Below are positions 35,195-44,963 of a stretch of DNA of 64,000 nucleotides, piece by piece; the stretch's first letter is position 1, and each line of letters starts with the position of its first letter. Location of the stretch: positions 54 through 64,053 of IMG/VR virus record IMGVR_UViG_3300032294_001427; one strand, written 5' to 3'. The DNA comes from a virus (lineage: Duplodnaviria > Caudoviricetes). The notes under the pieces were generated by a model, which was not told the origin of the DNA, searched no databases, and saw nothing but the letters and a program-made list of their open reading frames with translations. Made by a program: the position numbers and the translations under genes.

Positions 35195-35449
35195 TTAATA
35201 ATCCTTCACGGTAATTTCAATATTTTTTGGTTTGATCTCGGAGATCCCGCCTTCGCTTGCTAAAATTTGTGCTCGGTTATAAGCGTCGATGTATGTATGG
35301 AAGATGCTGTCGTCGAACCACCACCACTTATCAAAAAAATATTTCGGTTTGCGTTGGTATTCAACGTACCACTTCCCAGCGTAATTCTTTACACGCACTT
35401 TTGTTATGGGATGTTTTACTATTTCTAAACCCAATTCTTCTATGTTCAT
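35195..35449 (-). CDS. Hypothetical protein
   Basis: Start MNIEELG. Confidence 0.6.
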   Translation of the reverse strand: MNIEELGLEIVKHPITKVRVKNYAGKWYVEYQRKPKYFFDKWWWFDDSIFHTYIDAYNRAQILASEGGISEIKPKNIEITVKDY

Positions 35450-35451
35450 TG

Positions 35452-35559
35452 TCAACACCTTTTCCAATGCGTGAACTTGAGTTTTGCTGTTAGTCCACTG
35501 AACGTATTGTTATCTATAATATCTTTTAGTTCGCTTACAGTTAAACCATTCTGTATCAT
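35452..35559 (-). pseudogene. Orphaned second copy of the primase C-terminus
   Basis: Translates MIQNGLTVSELKDIIDNNTFSGLTAKLKFTHWKRC*, matching the primase end IILNGVKVEDLMNLVTKYTYQGLTAKLEFTRWKKC*. Confidence 0.85.
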
Positions 35560-36143
35560 TTTGTTTTTGTTCTACTTTTGAAAATTCTTCCGCGAACAAA
35601 TCCTTTTGGTATTGTTTCTTGTTTTAAAATTTTTTTCTCAGTGTTACCGTCGTTTATCCAAATCATACCCGAAGATGATTTATTACTCCAAGGCTTTTTT
35701 TTTGGGTTTTTTTTATAATAGTCTTTCATTCTTACAGAATGATTTTGCTTAAACGACTCGCTCAATCTAATCCCATATCTCGGATTTCCATCACCCTTCA
35801 TTCTTGTTGAACACTGTTTTCTCCATTCTTGACTTTTAGGTCTTGGCACTCCAAGAGTCCCCTCACCGCCAAGTGTTGAATTGTATCCACTTTTAAAACT
35901 ATTGAATTTTTCAATATTTTTTTTCTCGGCCTCATACAATTCTTCAATCGTTTGACATGTTTCAATAATCTCAAAAACAGGTTCTCCATATTTTCTGATT
36001 GCTTTATGGAATTTTCTATTAGCCCCCAACCTAACATCCTTGAGATGATTTTTTTTTCTTTTCTCCAAATTATTTGTAATTCCGATATAACATTTATCAG
36101 AATTGTTAAAGTATGCTCTATAAACAATTAACATTTTTTCCAT
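35556..36143 (-). CDS. GIY-YIG homing endonuclease
   Basis: IVY..CYIGIT..R..H, E, GYNSTLGGEG, NPRYG, WINDG. Confidence 0.88.
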   Translation of the reverse strand: MEKMLIVYRAYFNNSDKCYIGITNNLEKRKKNHLKDVRLGANRKFHKAIRKYGEPVFEIIETCQTIEELYEAEKKNIEKFNSFKSGYNSTLGGEGTLGVPRPKSQEWRKQCSTRMKGDGNPRYGIRLSESFKQNHSVRMKDYYKKNPKKKPWSNKSSSGMIWINDGNTEKKILKQETIPKGFVRGRIFKSRTKTK

Positions 36144-37174
36144 CTCGTAAACTCCAACTTTGCAGTTAATCCCTGGTAAGTATATTTAGTTACGAGGTTC
36201 ATTAAATCTTCAACTTTTACACCATTTAATATAATTTCATTTATATCTTTTCCTGGCAATGTATCTGGTAACAAACAAATTTTATAACCTTTGTTGATTG
36301 ACTTCTCAATCTGCTTAACCAAGTCTTTATTTCTTGGTTGTATATCGTATATGAGAACAGTATCTAACTCGGGAAGAACTGCTGCCACGCCGCCCAAATT
36401 ACTATCGCCACTGGCAATACTATTTTCAACAAAATAAGAATCAAATTGCCCCTCCAAGACGTAGACCGTATTTTGTTTTTGCAATCTGTGCAAGCCGAAC
36501 AACTTCTTTTCATCGGTCAACTTGACTGTAATGTATCGAATCTTGGTATCAGACAATGCTCTACCCGCGACGTTTGTGATCTCTCCTTTTTCGTTAGTGT
36601 AAAAGAGTACAATACGATCATCATTTGGAACTTCATCTTTGCCGTGATTTGGGAATTCAGAGTCTAGAAAATCCTTAAACTTTGGAACGAATAGAATTTC
36701 ATTCCAGTATCGTTCTGGGATCAGCCTCTTTTTTATATAGGCTGCAGCGTAGTGGTCTTCGGGTAAATTGACTATGCTATAAGATGAAAAATCGGCCCAA
36801 GTTTTATTTTTCGGTTGGGGACTGGAAGCAAATCTTGCGAACGCATTTCCCTTGAGTTCATCGAACGTCGGTTTCTTGTAGTTGTGGTTTCCCGTTTCCC
36901 CGCTAGAGTATCGTTCCAGTGCGTATTGCTTGTAGACTGACCCGTCAGTCTCTTGCAAAAATTTACCGAATGTAGTTGACTTGCCGCAGTTGTGGCAAAT
37001 ATAAAACATGTTATTGGACTTACGATAAACGTAAGCCCTTGCTTTTAATTTGTTTTTCTTGGAATCTCCGCAGTAAGGACAGCGGAAATTATAAAGATCG
37101 GTTTTCTTCTGTTTAAACTGTTCCAGTTTGGAAGAAACGAATCCCAAATATTTACGGTCTATGTAAACGCTCAT
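36128..37174 (-). CDS. DNA primase (T4 gp61-like)
   Basis: NFRCPYCGDS..CHNC Zn finger; TOPRIM VLEGQFDS; KDINE. Confidence 0.93.
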   Translation of the reverse strand: MSVYIDRKYLGFVSSKLEQFKQKKTDLYNFRCPYCGDSKKNKLKARAYVYRKSNNMFYICHNCGKSTTFGKFLQETDGSVYKQYALERYSSGETGNHNYKKPTFDELKGNAFARFASSPQPKNKTWADFSSYSIVNLPEDHYAAAYIKKRLIPERYWNEILFVPKFKDFLDSEFPNHGKDEVPNDDRIVLFYTNEKGEITNVAGRALSDTKIRYITVKLTDEKKLFGLHRLQKQNTVYVLEGQFDSYFVENSIASGDSNLGGVAAVLPELDTVLIYDIQPRNKDLVKQIEKSINKGYKICLLPDTLPGKDINEIILNGVKVEDLMNLVTKYTYQGLTAKLEFTRWKKC

Positions 37175-37212
37175 ACATCATAAAAAATACCAATAGATCC
37201 AGATATTATACG

Positions 37213-37557
37213 TCACTTCAGAGAAAAAGGCAAACCTAATTTGGATATTATGTATCCGACAACAACGGAGCCACCAATCACAATCCAGCGCCATTTATTA
37301 AGATCTTCGATCTTTTTCGCTTGGCTTATGTGTTGCGCCGTCACTTCTTCACGCATTGATTTTATTTCTTTTAAAAGATCGTAGCGAAGATCGTCGATTA
37401 ATTTTTGCAACTCTTTACGGTCTTCCACTTGACGCTCATCCAGTTTTTCTAAAGTCTTGTCAAATTTTTCATATATGACTGAGAAGAAAGAAATCTTTTC
37501 TCTCATTGCAGCAACTTCAGTCTCTAGTTTGTTCAGTTTGCTTTCGAAATCCACCAT
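37213..37557 (-). CDS. Coiled-coil protein with C-terminal TM helix
   Basis: LNKWRWIVIGG hydrophobic tail. Confidence 0.7.
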   Translation of the reverse strand: MVDFESKLNKLETEVAAMREKISFFSVIYEKFDKTLEKLDERQVEDRKELQKLIDDLRYDLLKEIKSMREEVTAQHISQAKKIEDLNKWRWIVIGGSVVVGYIISKLGLPFSLK

Positions 37558-37750
37558 CTTCTTCTACTCCATACATGTGTTTGAGTAAATATGCTCTTGT
37601 TCTATTATTTTTGCTATTGCATATCTCATCACTCACTTTGGTTTCCCATATGTTTGGGAAAACCCCATGTACTAGCAAAATAAACGCCCACTTCCAAGCA
37701 CGGGTTAAGTGCTGGAAATAATTTAGATTATTTTCCCGCAGATGGCGCAT
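37517..37750 (-). CDS. DUF6356-like small protein
   Basis: HLRENNLNYFQHL..LVHGVFP. Confidence 0.65.
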   Translation of the reverse strand: MRHLRENNLNYFQHLTRAWKWAFILLVHGVFPNIWETKVSDEICNSKNNRTRAYLLKHMYGVEEDGGFRKQTEQTRD

Positions 37751-37964
37751 TTAGTGTTTCGTTGATGAACTCATCTAATTGCTTAGATTTTGCGGTAGAA
37801 GAATCTGATTCTTTTGGTTTATTTATGATCTTTAGGTCTTTGGGTGGAACCATCAACTCTGCTGGCGGTTCTAATTTTTCTACTTTGGGGATGAGCCGCG
37901 TCAGAGGATTTCCGCAACCCATAAGCAGCAAAAAAATACTACTGAGAAGAATAATCCTCATCAT
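37728..37964 (-). CDS. Putative o-spanin lipoprotein (Rz1-like)
   Basis: Lipobox LMGC; PPAELMVPP. Confidence 0.7.
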   Translation of the reverse strand: MMRIILLSSIFLLLMGCGNPLTRLIPKVEKLEPPAELMVPPKDLKIINKPKESDSSTAKSKQLDEFINETLNAPSAGK

Positions 37965-38512
37965 TCCTCCTTCTTTTTCCAAGGCATGTCTGGGAGTTTT
38001 ATGTTAATCCCGCGCTTCTTGTTCTCTTCGTCAATTTTATTGTTTACTTCCAAAATATACTTCTGAAGAGAAGTGAGTTGCTGTGCATTCTGTAGACAGA
38101 TAGAGTAGTTCTCTACCACAGTTTGCAACGCGACATTGTCTTTGACTGATGAACTTGTAGAATCCGCCGCAAGATTTAGGTCAAGATCTATGGTCGGAGA
38201 AGCAGCGGCATTGTGCGCATGAACCCAGCCGTTTGATAACTCATACTGGCTAGGAACTACTTGAGATGCCGCTTCAATGATTCTAGTTTCTTTTTCTCTG
38301 ATTTTGGTTACGCGATCAACGTATTCAACGCGCACCTTTTCACGGATGATAGACTGCTCTTTCTTTAGAGCAATTTCTAGATCTTCCACTTGGTTGGCAT
38401 ATCGATTAATTTCTGCATCAGCACCCGCCATACCCTTGTTGTAGCCAGCAGCAAATGCGCCACCTACAATAAGAACTACAGCAAGGATCTTGTATGGCAA
38501 TGGGATGAGCAC
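37961..38512 (-). CDS. Putative i-spanin (Rz-like)
   Basis: N-terminal TM, coiled coil, NYxxC..QLxxLQ; adjacent lipoprotein. Confidence 0.7.
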   Translation of the reverse strand: MLIPLPYKILAVVLIVGGAFAAGYNKGMAGADAEINRYANQVEDLEIALKKEQSIIREKVRVEYVDRVTKIREKETRIIEAASQVVPSQYELSNGWVHAHNAAASPTIDLDLNLAADSTSSSVKDNVALQTVVENYSICLQNAQQLTSLQKYILEVNNKIDEENKKRGINIKLPDMPWKKKEE

Positions 38513-38682
38513 AAATCAATCCTTCGGCCAAACATTCAATTCAGTTAAATCATTCAACCAGATGCTGGCCCCAAGCAATTTTTCGTAGAGCCAGAAACAT
38601 CCAGATGAGATCAACCGAAATAGTTCAGCCAATAGTTTAAACAACCAGACAAAAGGAAACACGAATGGTCCGAGAATATACA

Positions 38683-38973
38683 TTACTCGGCGACCTTCTT
38701 CTTGCGACCTCTTTTTGCCTTGGCAACTACTGCTTCACCAGCAACCTTAACATCGGCAATATCAACCTTGCCGTCTTTGTTGACATCTGCTGCAGCAACA
38801 ACTTCAGCCTTCACTTCAGCCTTCACTTCAGCCACAGTCTCTTTTGCTACCACAAGGGCATCTTTTACGTCAACTTTCCCGTCGCCATTTTGATCGGGCT
38901 TCTTCACCAAGTTCCATCCAAGCCAAGCAAACAATCCCAAAAACAGTAACACAAATATGATATCCATCGTCAT
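38683..38973 (-). CDS. Membrane-anchored protein with two DxNxDGxxD loops
   Basis: DQNGDGKVD, DVNKDGKVD. Confidence 0.7.
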   Translation of the reverse strand: MTMDIIFVLLFLGLFAWLGWNLVKKPDQNGDGKVDVKDALVVAKETVAEVKAEVKAEVVAAADVNKDGKVDIADVKVAGEAVVAKAKRGRKKKVAE

Positions 38974-38980
38974 CTCCTAA

Positions 38981-39238
38981 TTATTCAGCAGTTTCAGTTG
39001 TTTTAAATTTAGAATTGGATTTTGGGGCAAACTTTTCCAGCCCCGTGAAACCCAATCCACTCACCACAATCCACATCATTGAATTGTAAATGAATTCGTC
39101 TATCTTATAGCCAAAGAAAAGATTGGCTATAAAACCCGTAGCACATAGCAAGAATGACAAAAATGTAATCACTCTCTTTGAAGAGATGGACCCATTGTGT
39201 CCGTCTTGGAATACTGTCATTAATTTTCCGAAATCCAT
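38981..39238 (-). CDS. Two-TM holin-like protein
   Basis: SSKRV plus two hydrophobic helices. Confidence 0.6.
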   Translation of the reverse strand: MDFGKLMTVFQDGHNGSISSKRVITFLSFLLCATGFIANLFFGYKIDEFIYNSMMWIVVSGLGFTGLEKFAPKSNSKFKTTETAE

Positions 39239-39252
39239 ATACCCTATTTAGT

Positions 39253-39765
39253 TTATTGATTGGCTAAAGGATTATCTAATGCTTTCTGAATTTTATCGTC
39301 TACTTTACGCTCCAATTCCTTCAATTTAGCATCATTTTCTTTGTCGATGGTGCGAATTGACGTTAAAACCTCGCGCTCCAATTCCCTATTTCGACGATCC
39401 GCCAAATCTACTGTTGTTTGGATATCTCTGACATCATTTTTAAGGTCTGAGCGAATCTCGCCGACATAATCATTAGTTTCATTGACCATGATTTCGGCGT
39501 TTTCAATTCGTTGCTCTAGTTTAGTAATACGTTCGCTGATCCCAGAAAGATCTGGTGCGACGTATTCTTGAATCTGGGCTTTCATATCCATGTAGTCTTT
39601 ATAGACTTCAAAACCAGCCCAGAGGGTGCCCAATATAGTTGACAAAATTGTTCCCGCAATCATCAATTTTGCGGGAGTAAAACTGTATCCACCAACGCTA
39701 ATTACTGTGTTGGGGTCAACGGCGGCTTCTAATTTGTCTACGCTTTCGTCTAGATTTTTTGACAT
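39253..39765 (-). CDS. Membrane-anchored coiled-coil protein
   Basis: TM near N-terminus; heptads; C-terminal LDNPLA. Confidence 0.7.
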   Translation of the reverse strand: MSKNLDESVDKLEAAVDPNTVISVGGYSFTPAKLMIAGTILSTILGTLWAGFEVYKDYMDMKAQIQEYVAPDLSGISERITKLEQRIENAEIMVNETNDYVGEIRSDLKNDVRDIQTTVDLADRRNRELEREVLTSIRTIDKENDAKLKELERKVDDKIQKALDNPLANQ

Positions 39766-40200
39766 TCAATTCTCGAATTGTAGGTTTTTGAGTCTCTCGA
39801 TTTCTTGCTTTAACTTGAAGACTTCGAGCCGTTTCTTTTCCAGTTCCAACTCATACAATAAATTACAATTCAATCGCTGCTTTGGTGCACCAATAGGTAT
39901 AGTGATCCTCGCATACACACCAACATCTTTCACAAATTCATTTGTCATGTTCTGATTCACTAGAACATTGCTAGTGCTATCGAACGGACTCCCGTTATTA
40001 ATAATTCCAACAACACCGAATTCTACATTCGTCGCCGAACCAATCGCAGCATCGCATTCTATTTCACCAGCCCGAACTCGGTCGGACTGAAAATTTGGGG
40101 TTGCCGAAGGGACTGCCAAGTTTAATGAACTTGTTTGTGCGACTGCAACTTTGCATGCCAATAAAAGCATCATAAAAAATAACAACATCGCCTCTTTCAT
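39766..40200 (-). CDS. Exported protein
   Basis: Signal peptide ending AVA; beta strands plus C-terminal helix. Confidence 0.7.
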   Translation of the reverse strand: MKEAMLLFFMMLLLACKVAVAQTSSLNLAVPSATPNFQSDRVRAGEIECDAAIGSATNVEFGVVGIINNGSPFDSTSNVLVNQNMTNEFVKDVGVYARITIPIGAPKQRLNCNLLYELELEKKRLEVFKLKQEIERLKNLQFEN

Positions 40201-40209
40201 TAACTGACC

Positions 40210-40584
40210 TCATTTTATCTTCGAACAGATCCTCGAAGAGATTATCGCGACTTGATCACCAATAGGATTAAGCATCGACTTTGAACAGATATAAACAACT
40301 TTATTTTTATCTTTTTCTCGAATGTAAACTTCAATATATTTTCGTTGCAAAAACGGGACTTCAACTATTTTACTTGTCGTGGCAAATGGTACTGGGTTCC
40401 ATTGGCCATCAAACACAGATAATTGATAAAATGTTACGTCATTTCGACGATTGAACAACTCCATTTTTGCAACGAGTACACCCTCTATATAGGCTGGCTC
40501 CAATTTGGGGTATGCGGGTGTGAACTCATGTCCATACACCCGCATACTCCCAAAAATTAACAACAGAGATAATATAAATCTCAT
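40210..40584 (-). CDS. Exported beta-rich protein
   Basis: Signal peptide; Cys pair YICS..SSRICS. Confidence 0.7.
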   Translation of the reverse strand: MRFILSLLLIFGSMRVYGHEFTPAYPKLEPAYIEGVLVAKMELFNRRNDVTFYQLSVFDGQWNPVPFATTSKIVEVPFLQRKYIEVYIREKDKNKVVYICSKSMLNPIGDQVAIISSRICSKIK

Positions 40585-40587
40585 AAC

Positions 40588-41094
40588 TTACTTGGCGATA
40601 CACTCTGCGCTAATAACAGCGCGGTATGTTCCAGATGGGAACGCTTTGTCATAGCCGTATTCGGCGGTTGAACTTGCTTTAAACCAAGTTGTTCCCGCTA
40701 CAGTTAGATTAAACTCGGTTGCATTGTCATAGATGATCTTGCTGGTGTCATAGGCTGACATCAGTGGATCTGACACACGTGCAGTAGAAACACTTCCCGT
40801 CCAGTTGACGACATCTGTCAATGCTGGGCTTGAGGTAAATGCTCTTGGTGTTGTGATTACAGCCTTGAAAAAGTTGGCTTGTAATACATCAAAACGTACA
40901 ACTGGTTGTACGCCACCATCTGCTTGTGCGGTGCTGAGTTTATCCGCTGTTGGGTTTCCGAACACGCCAGATGTATCTGGAACAATCACACACTTCGCAG
41001 CAACATTACCAACAATAGGAACTTCTACAGCAGAAGCCCGTGTAACCATAGACAAAGCCATGAAAAATCCTATTGCTAGTGATTTCTTGAACAT
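40588..41094 (-). CDS. Exported pilin-like protein
   Basis: Signal peptide ASA; VPIVGNVAAKCVI..GTYRAVISAEC. Confidence 0.55.
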   Translation of the reverse strand: MFKKSLAIGFFMALSMVTRASAVEVPIVGNVAAKCVIVPDTSGVFGNPTADKLSTAQADGGVQPVVRFDVLQANFFKAVITTPRAFTSSPALTDVVNWTGSVSTARVSDPLMSAYDTSKIIYDNATEFNLTVAGTTWFKASSTAEYGYDKAFPSGTYRAVISAECIAK

Positions 41095-41098
41095 TAAT

Positions 41099-42016
41099 CT
41101 ACTCCTTTGTTTCTAAATTGACATACTGAAGATCAATCATTTTCTCATGAAGTAACTGTTGCGCCCAGTTGTTTCTCAATCCGCGAGGATTGTCTGGCAA
41201 CTTGGCGTCAACAAGACGAATCGTTTCTCGATATTCTCCGCCAAAAATTTCTACTGCGTAACTATTTGGCAATTCAGCAAGAGCAAAAAAATCTTGGGCA
41301 GCAACTGCGGCTTCAGCGGTCAGTAATGCGGTGTTCACGGCACTCAGAGCAGTCTCTAGGCGATTTTGTCTTCTTTCAGCATTCGACAGTGCTCTGGATC
41401 TGGCTCTTTCTTTTTCATCTTCATCGTCTATAGAGACCTTTCTCTCAAACTCTTTGCGAAGAAGTTCATCGTTCAATGGATCCGCGTATTCTTCGTCTGG
41501 AAGATAATCATTGGGGTCTCGGTAGCCAGGGCAGTCGGGGCTGCTCTGAGGAATGAAGCACGGATCAAACTGAAATGTATAGACCACCGAAGCATCAAGA
41601 ACGCTGCCTTGACCTTCAACTGCAATTGACCCGTCACCCCAGAGTTCTGCTAGGCTACTATTGATTGGAATTGAACGCTGAATCGTATTCCCTGGCAGTT
41701 TCGACCAATCATCCGCGTTGCGAAAGATGTAGCCTTCGCCACTAGCATTTAAGTTTTGAATGTAGACAACCATGTCGTCTTCGGGCTTTTTGACTGCCGT
41801 GTAGCGATAGACGATTCCGTTGATTTCCAATCCCGCCTGTTGTGGCAGGACATTCTTCATCACCCAGTTGTAACCCGCTGCGGCAGCGTTTTGGGTTTGT
41901 CCGAAAGTGATCCCAGAAGCAGTAGATGTTTGGGATGTGACAAAGTCTATCTCAGAGGAGAAGCAATAAGAGCAAAAAAGCGACACCGCCAATGCCAAAC
42001 ATTGTTTTAGCCTCAT
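41099..42016 (-). CDS. Exported protein
   Basis: Signal peptide; DPCxxPQSSPDCPGY. Confidence 0.7.
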   Translation of the reverse strand: MRLKQCLALAVSLFCSYCFSSEIDFVTSQTSTASGITFGQTQNAAAAGYNWVMKNVLPQQAGLEINGIVYRYTAVKKPEDDMVVYIQNLNASGEGYIFRNADDWSKLPGNTIQRSIPINSSLAELWGDGSIAVEGQGSVLDASVVYTFQFDPCFIPQSSPDCPGYRDPNDYLPDEEYADPLNDELLRKEFERKVSIDDEDEKERARSRALSNAERRQNRLETALSAVNTALLTAEAAVAAQDFFALAELPNSYAVEIFGGEYRETIRLVDAKLPDNPRGLRNNWAQQLLHEKMIDLQYVNLETKE

Positions 42017-42521
42017 TCGAATATCCTCTGTTTTCTTTGTCTATGCCAGGTTGCGATAGGAAGTTTGCTTCCCACGCAGCCTTGGCTTCTTTTCCTATCA
42101 ATCCATCATATGGGCAAGGAGTTCCCGCCATCAGCATCGCGTCAAAAACTCTTCGGTCTTGACACATTACCGACACTGCAGCAACCTTCATGCCCATGTC
42201 ATATAACGTTTTAGCATTCTTTAGCATTTCGCAATTCATATCTCGAACCTGAGTCCCCGTCGAGAGACCTAGAATCTGAGTCTGAATCGCTCCAGCAACG
42301 CCGAATGTACAAAGGTCAGAGTTAGATGTATTAATCGTCGGTGAGATTGCAGATGGCGGTGGCGATTTTAGAGTCGTCTCAGAAGTAGTAGTTACAGTAC
42401 TATTCGTCGTCGATTCGGTCACGATAGGTACGGGTTCATTGTTCGTAGTCGTCTGTTGAGCCTGTGCCGTTGTAATGCTAAAAAGCGCCGTTATCAAACA
42501 AATCAAAACTCTTAACGTCAT
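41952..42521 (-). CDS. Exported Cys-rich protein with C-terminal TM anchor
   Basis: Signal AQA; PPPSAISP; GMKVAAVSVMCQD; AGTPCP. Confidence 0.7.
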   Translation of the reverse strand: MTLRVLICLITALFSITTAQAQQTTTNNEPVPIVTESTTNSTVTTTSETTLKSPPPSAISPTINTSNSDLCTFGVAGAIQTQILGLSTGTQVRDMNCEMLKNAKTLYDMGMKVAAVSVMCQDRRVFDAMLMAGTPCPYDGLIGKEAKAAWEANFLSQPGIDKENRGYSNEAKTMFGIGGVAFLLLLLLL

Positions 42522-42662
42522 ATTAATACCCTAAAAAATAATACATGTACGTTATTTATGTTACGCACCCACTCAAATCAAAAACGACGGTTTTACGTCG
42601 CTCAGTATATACAAGCAAAAACCATACCGTCTTTTGGAAAAGTTAATAAAACTTAACGAAAA

Positions 42663-43940
42663 TTAATAAACTTCGCGCCAAGTTACAGTGCACCAAACAT
42701 CTACTGGGCTTGTAATTGCTTGTGCTACAACTACGAATATTTCGCTATTTGAGGAATCGTAATTTTGAGCGATAAAATTCTTTTTTGCTGAGGTTGGCTG
42801 CGTTGTACTGGACAAACCGATTCCCTTCGTGCTGCCTCCAGGAGAACTCGTACCCACAAACCCACCAGAAATGGCTTCACCGCCAACTATTGCAGTCCCA
42901 GTAATGTTATACTCTACTGCCGAATTAGCATGAACTGAATTCCAAGTAGAATTTGCTAATGTAAGATTTGCAACACTATCCAGTTTTCTCAATTCCCAAA
43001 CACCAGGATTTTGTTCCGCGTAAAGATTAATATCGCCCATACGAACAGTTGCGCGATTTTGATACCCACGGAATGAGTTCTTCAATCGAATAGCCATAAT
43101 CGGTCGAGTATTACCCACTCCAGTTATTGTAATCTTCGTATTGCCTGTTGCAACGTGCCAGTCTTGACCTGCTTCGACATATCCACCCTCGGAAAGTACA
43201 GTCGAGCAAATTTGATCAAAAAACCCACCAGTCGTTGCGCCTGTATTAAAAATCTCGCAACGAACAGGTAAATTTGGATTGCTCATATAAACAGTAGGTA
43301 AAACATTGCTATTGTAAAACTCATGAGCAACAACTAACTGTCCATCATGCACAAATCCACAACGCACGCGACCAACACCCAACCATTGAAAATCTGTAAA
43401 GAAAATTTGAGTTTTGGTGATATCTAAATCAAACGAACCATTTCCATTTGGTCCAGAAATGCTTGTATTGCAAGTATTTTTATTCCATTGGTTTTGATAA
43501 ACTCGACGAGCATCACTCGGAGTTCCGCTAGTGTCTGTTCTAATGGTAAAACTCAATGCACCGTTTGCAGACTGCTCAAAATAAATGCCATTGTTCGCAT
43601 CATAATATCCCGTTCGTTTTATAACATTAGGTGAATTTGCATAAAAATTAAATGTTGATTTGATTAACTGACTCTTTCCAGGTTGATACTGGTGATACAT
43701 TTTTGTTTGGTGAATCACGCTCGCAGTTGGACTGTTATTTGTTGCGAGTCTTGCACATGCTTGTAATGGTTGAAACGTAACTGTTCCACCAGAAGTGCTT
43801 GTATCACGAAAGTTTGGATCAATACCATAAAGATGTTTATAATCACCAAGTGTAAATGCATCGGAAATACGAAGTCTACCAAATGCATCTAAATTTGCAC
43901 TATCATCATATCTAATTGCGTCATCTAATAGGTAAGTCAT
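42663..43940 (-). CDS. Putative virion structural protein
   Basis: DAFGRLR, YQPGKS, DFQWLGVGRVRCGF; beta-rich. Confidence 0.65.
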   Translation of the reverse strand: MTYLLDDAIRYDDSANLDAFGRLRISDAFTLGDYKHLYGIDPNFRDTSTSGGTVTFQPLQACARLATNNSPTASVIHQTKMYHQYQPGKSQLIKSTFNFYANSPNVIKRTGYYDANNGIYFEQSANGALSFTIRTDTSGTPSDARRVYQNQWNKNTCNTSISGPNGNGSFDLDITKTQIFFTDFQWLGVGRVRCGFVHDGQLVVAHEFYNSNVLPTVYMSNPNLPVRCEIFNTGATTGGFFDQICSTVLSEGGYVEAGQDWHVATGNTKITITGVGNTRPIMAIRLKNSFRGYQNRATVRMGDINLYAEQNPGVWELRKLDSVANLTLANSTWNSVHANSAVEYNITGTAIVGGEAISGGFVGTSSPGGSTKGIGLSSTTQPTSAKKNFIAQNYDSSNSEIFVVVAQAITSPVDVWCTVTWREVY

Positions 43941-44728
43941 TATACGATTCTCCAGCCATTACGGTAGATCAACTGAACTCCGCCGTTATTAATTCTTATT
44001 TCTGCACCACCTGGATCGTTATCGATATTTCCGTCTAGTTTAATCGGATATCGTTGAGCATTTCCAGATTCATCTTTAATGATAACCATTCTTCCTGAAG
44101 ATGGAACTAATGGTAGAATAATTGTTGTGTATGATGGATTATTTACACCAATATAATAGTCACTGTCTGTAACAACATAAGTGTTAGAATTTACTATAGT
44201 TGTATTATGAACAATTTCAGAAGGGTTGATGTCGTCTAGAACGAACCATCCATTTGAGAATTTCATAAACTTGCCTTCGCCGACAGTATTTCGGTCGAAG
44301 TCATCAGCATCCCATAGGCGAACAATGCCAGTTCCGCCACCACCCCAAGACATGGTGGAGATCTTTTGCATCATCTCAGCAACAGTTCTGCGAATGCCTT
44401 CGATTTCTTTGTCGCGATAAACGTTGTTGACTGTGTTAGAGTTTACAGACCCCAACACATTCATCACTGAAGCAATGGTATTCGTTGTGGGTGGAACAAA
44501 TGCTGGCGCGGGTTGAGGTGGTTTTGGCTCAATCACCTCTTGAATCAAGTTAACATTTCTTGATTCTACTATTGGTTCTGGTTTAGGCTCTTGAACCTTT
44601 TCTTCTTTGAATAGAGCAGCAGCAAGTTTTTCTTCACGTTCAATCGATTCGACAAGTGCTCGGTCAACTGGCTGACCGAGCATTCTTGCCATTTTTACTA
44701 GGAGTTTCTTCTCCTCAAGGGTTTTCAT
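43940..44728 (-). CDS. Putative tail/fibre-associated protein
   Basis: GGGGTG linker; TIILP..GRMVIIKDESG domain. Confidence 0.6.
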   Translation of the reverse strand: MKTLEEKKLLVKMARMLGQPVDRALVESIEREEKLAAALFKEEKVQEPKPEPIVESRNVNLIQEVIEPKPPQPAPAFVPPTTNTIASVMNVLGSVNSNTVNNVYRDKEIEGIRRTVAEMMQKISTMSWGGGGTGIVRLWDADDFDRNTVGEGKFMKFSNGWFVLDDINPSEIVHNTTIVNSNTYVVTDSDYYIGVNNPSYTTIILPLVPSSGRMVIIKDESGNAQRYPIKLDGNIDNDPGGAEIRINNGGVQLIYRNGWRIV

Positions 44729-44764
44729 TATGTTTTTCGCTAAACTACATGATAATGTAGTTTA

Positions 44765-44947
44765 TCAACTTGACAAACCGAGTTCTACTGCTTTATGCAA
44801 CTTCTCAACAGTTGTATATGTTGTAACGAGATCGCCGTCGATTTGCACCACGCGCTCCAAGTCGCCCGAGAGAACTGCTGCCTTTCTGGCTTCATTCAAC
44901 GTTAGTAGTCTATTTTGCATAATTGTCAATAATTCAGTAATTGTCAT
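44765..44947 (-). CDS. Small hypothetical protein
   Basis: GGAG RBS; helical. Confidence 0.6.
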   Translation of the reverse strand: MTITELLTIMQNRLLTLNEARKAAVLSGDLERVVQIDGDLVTTYTTVEKLHKAVELGLSS

Positions 44948-44963
44948 ATAATTTCTCCAAATC

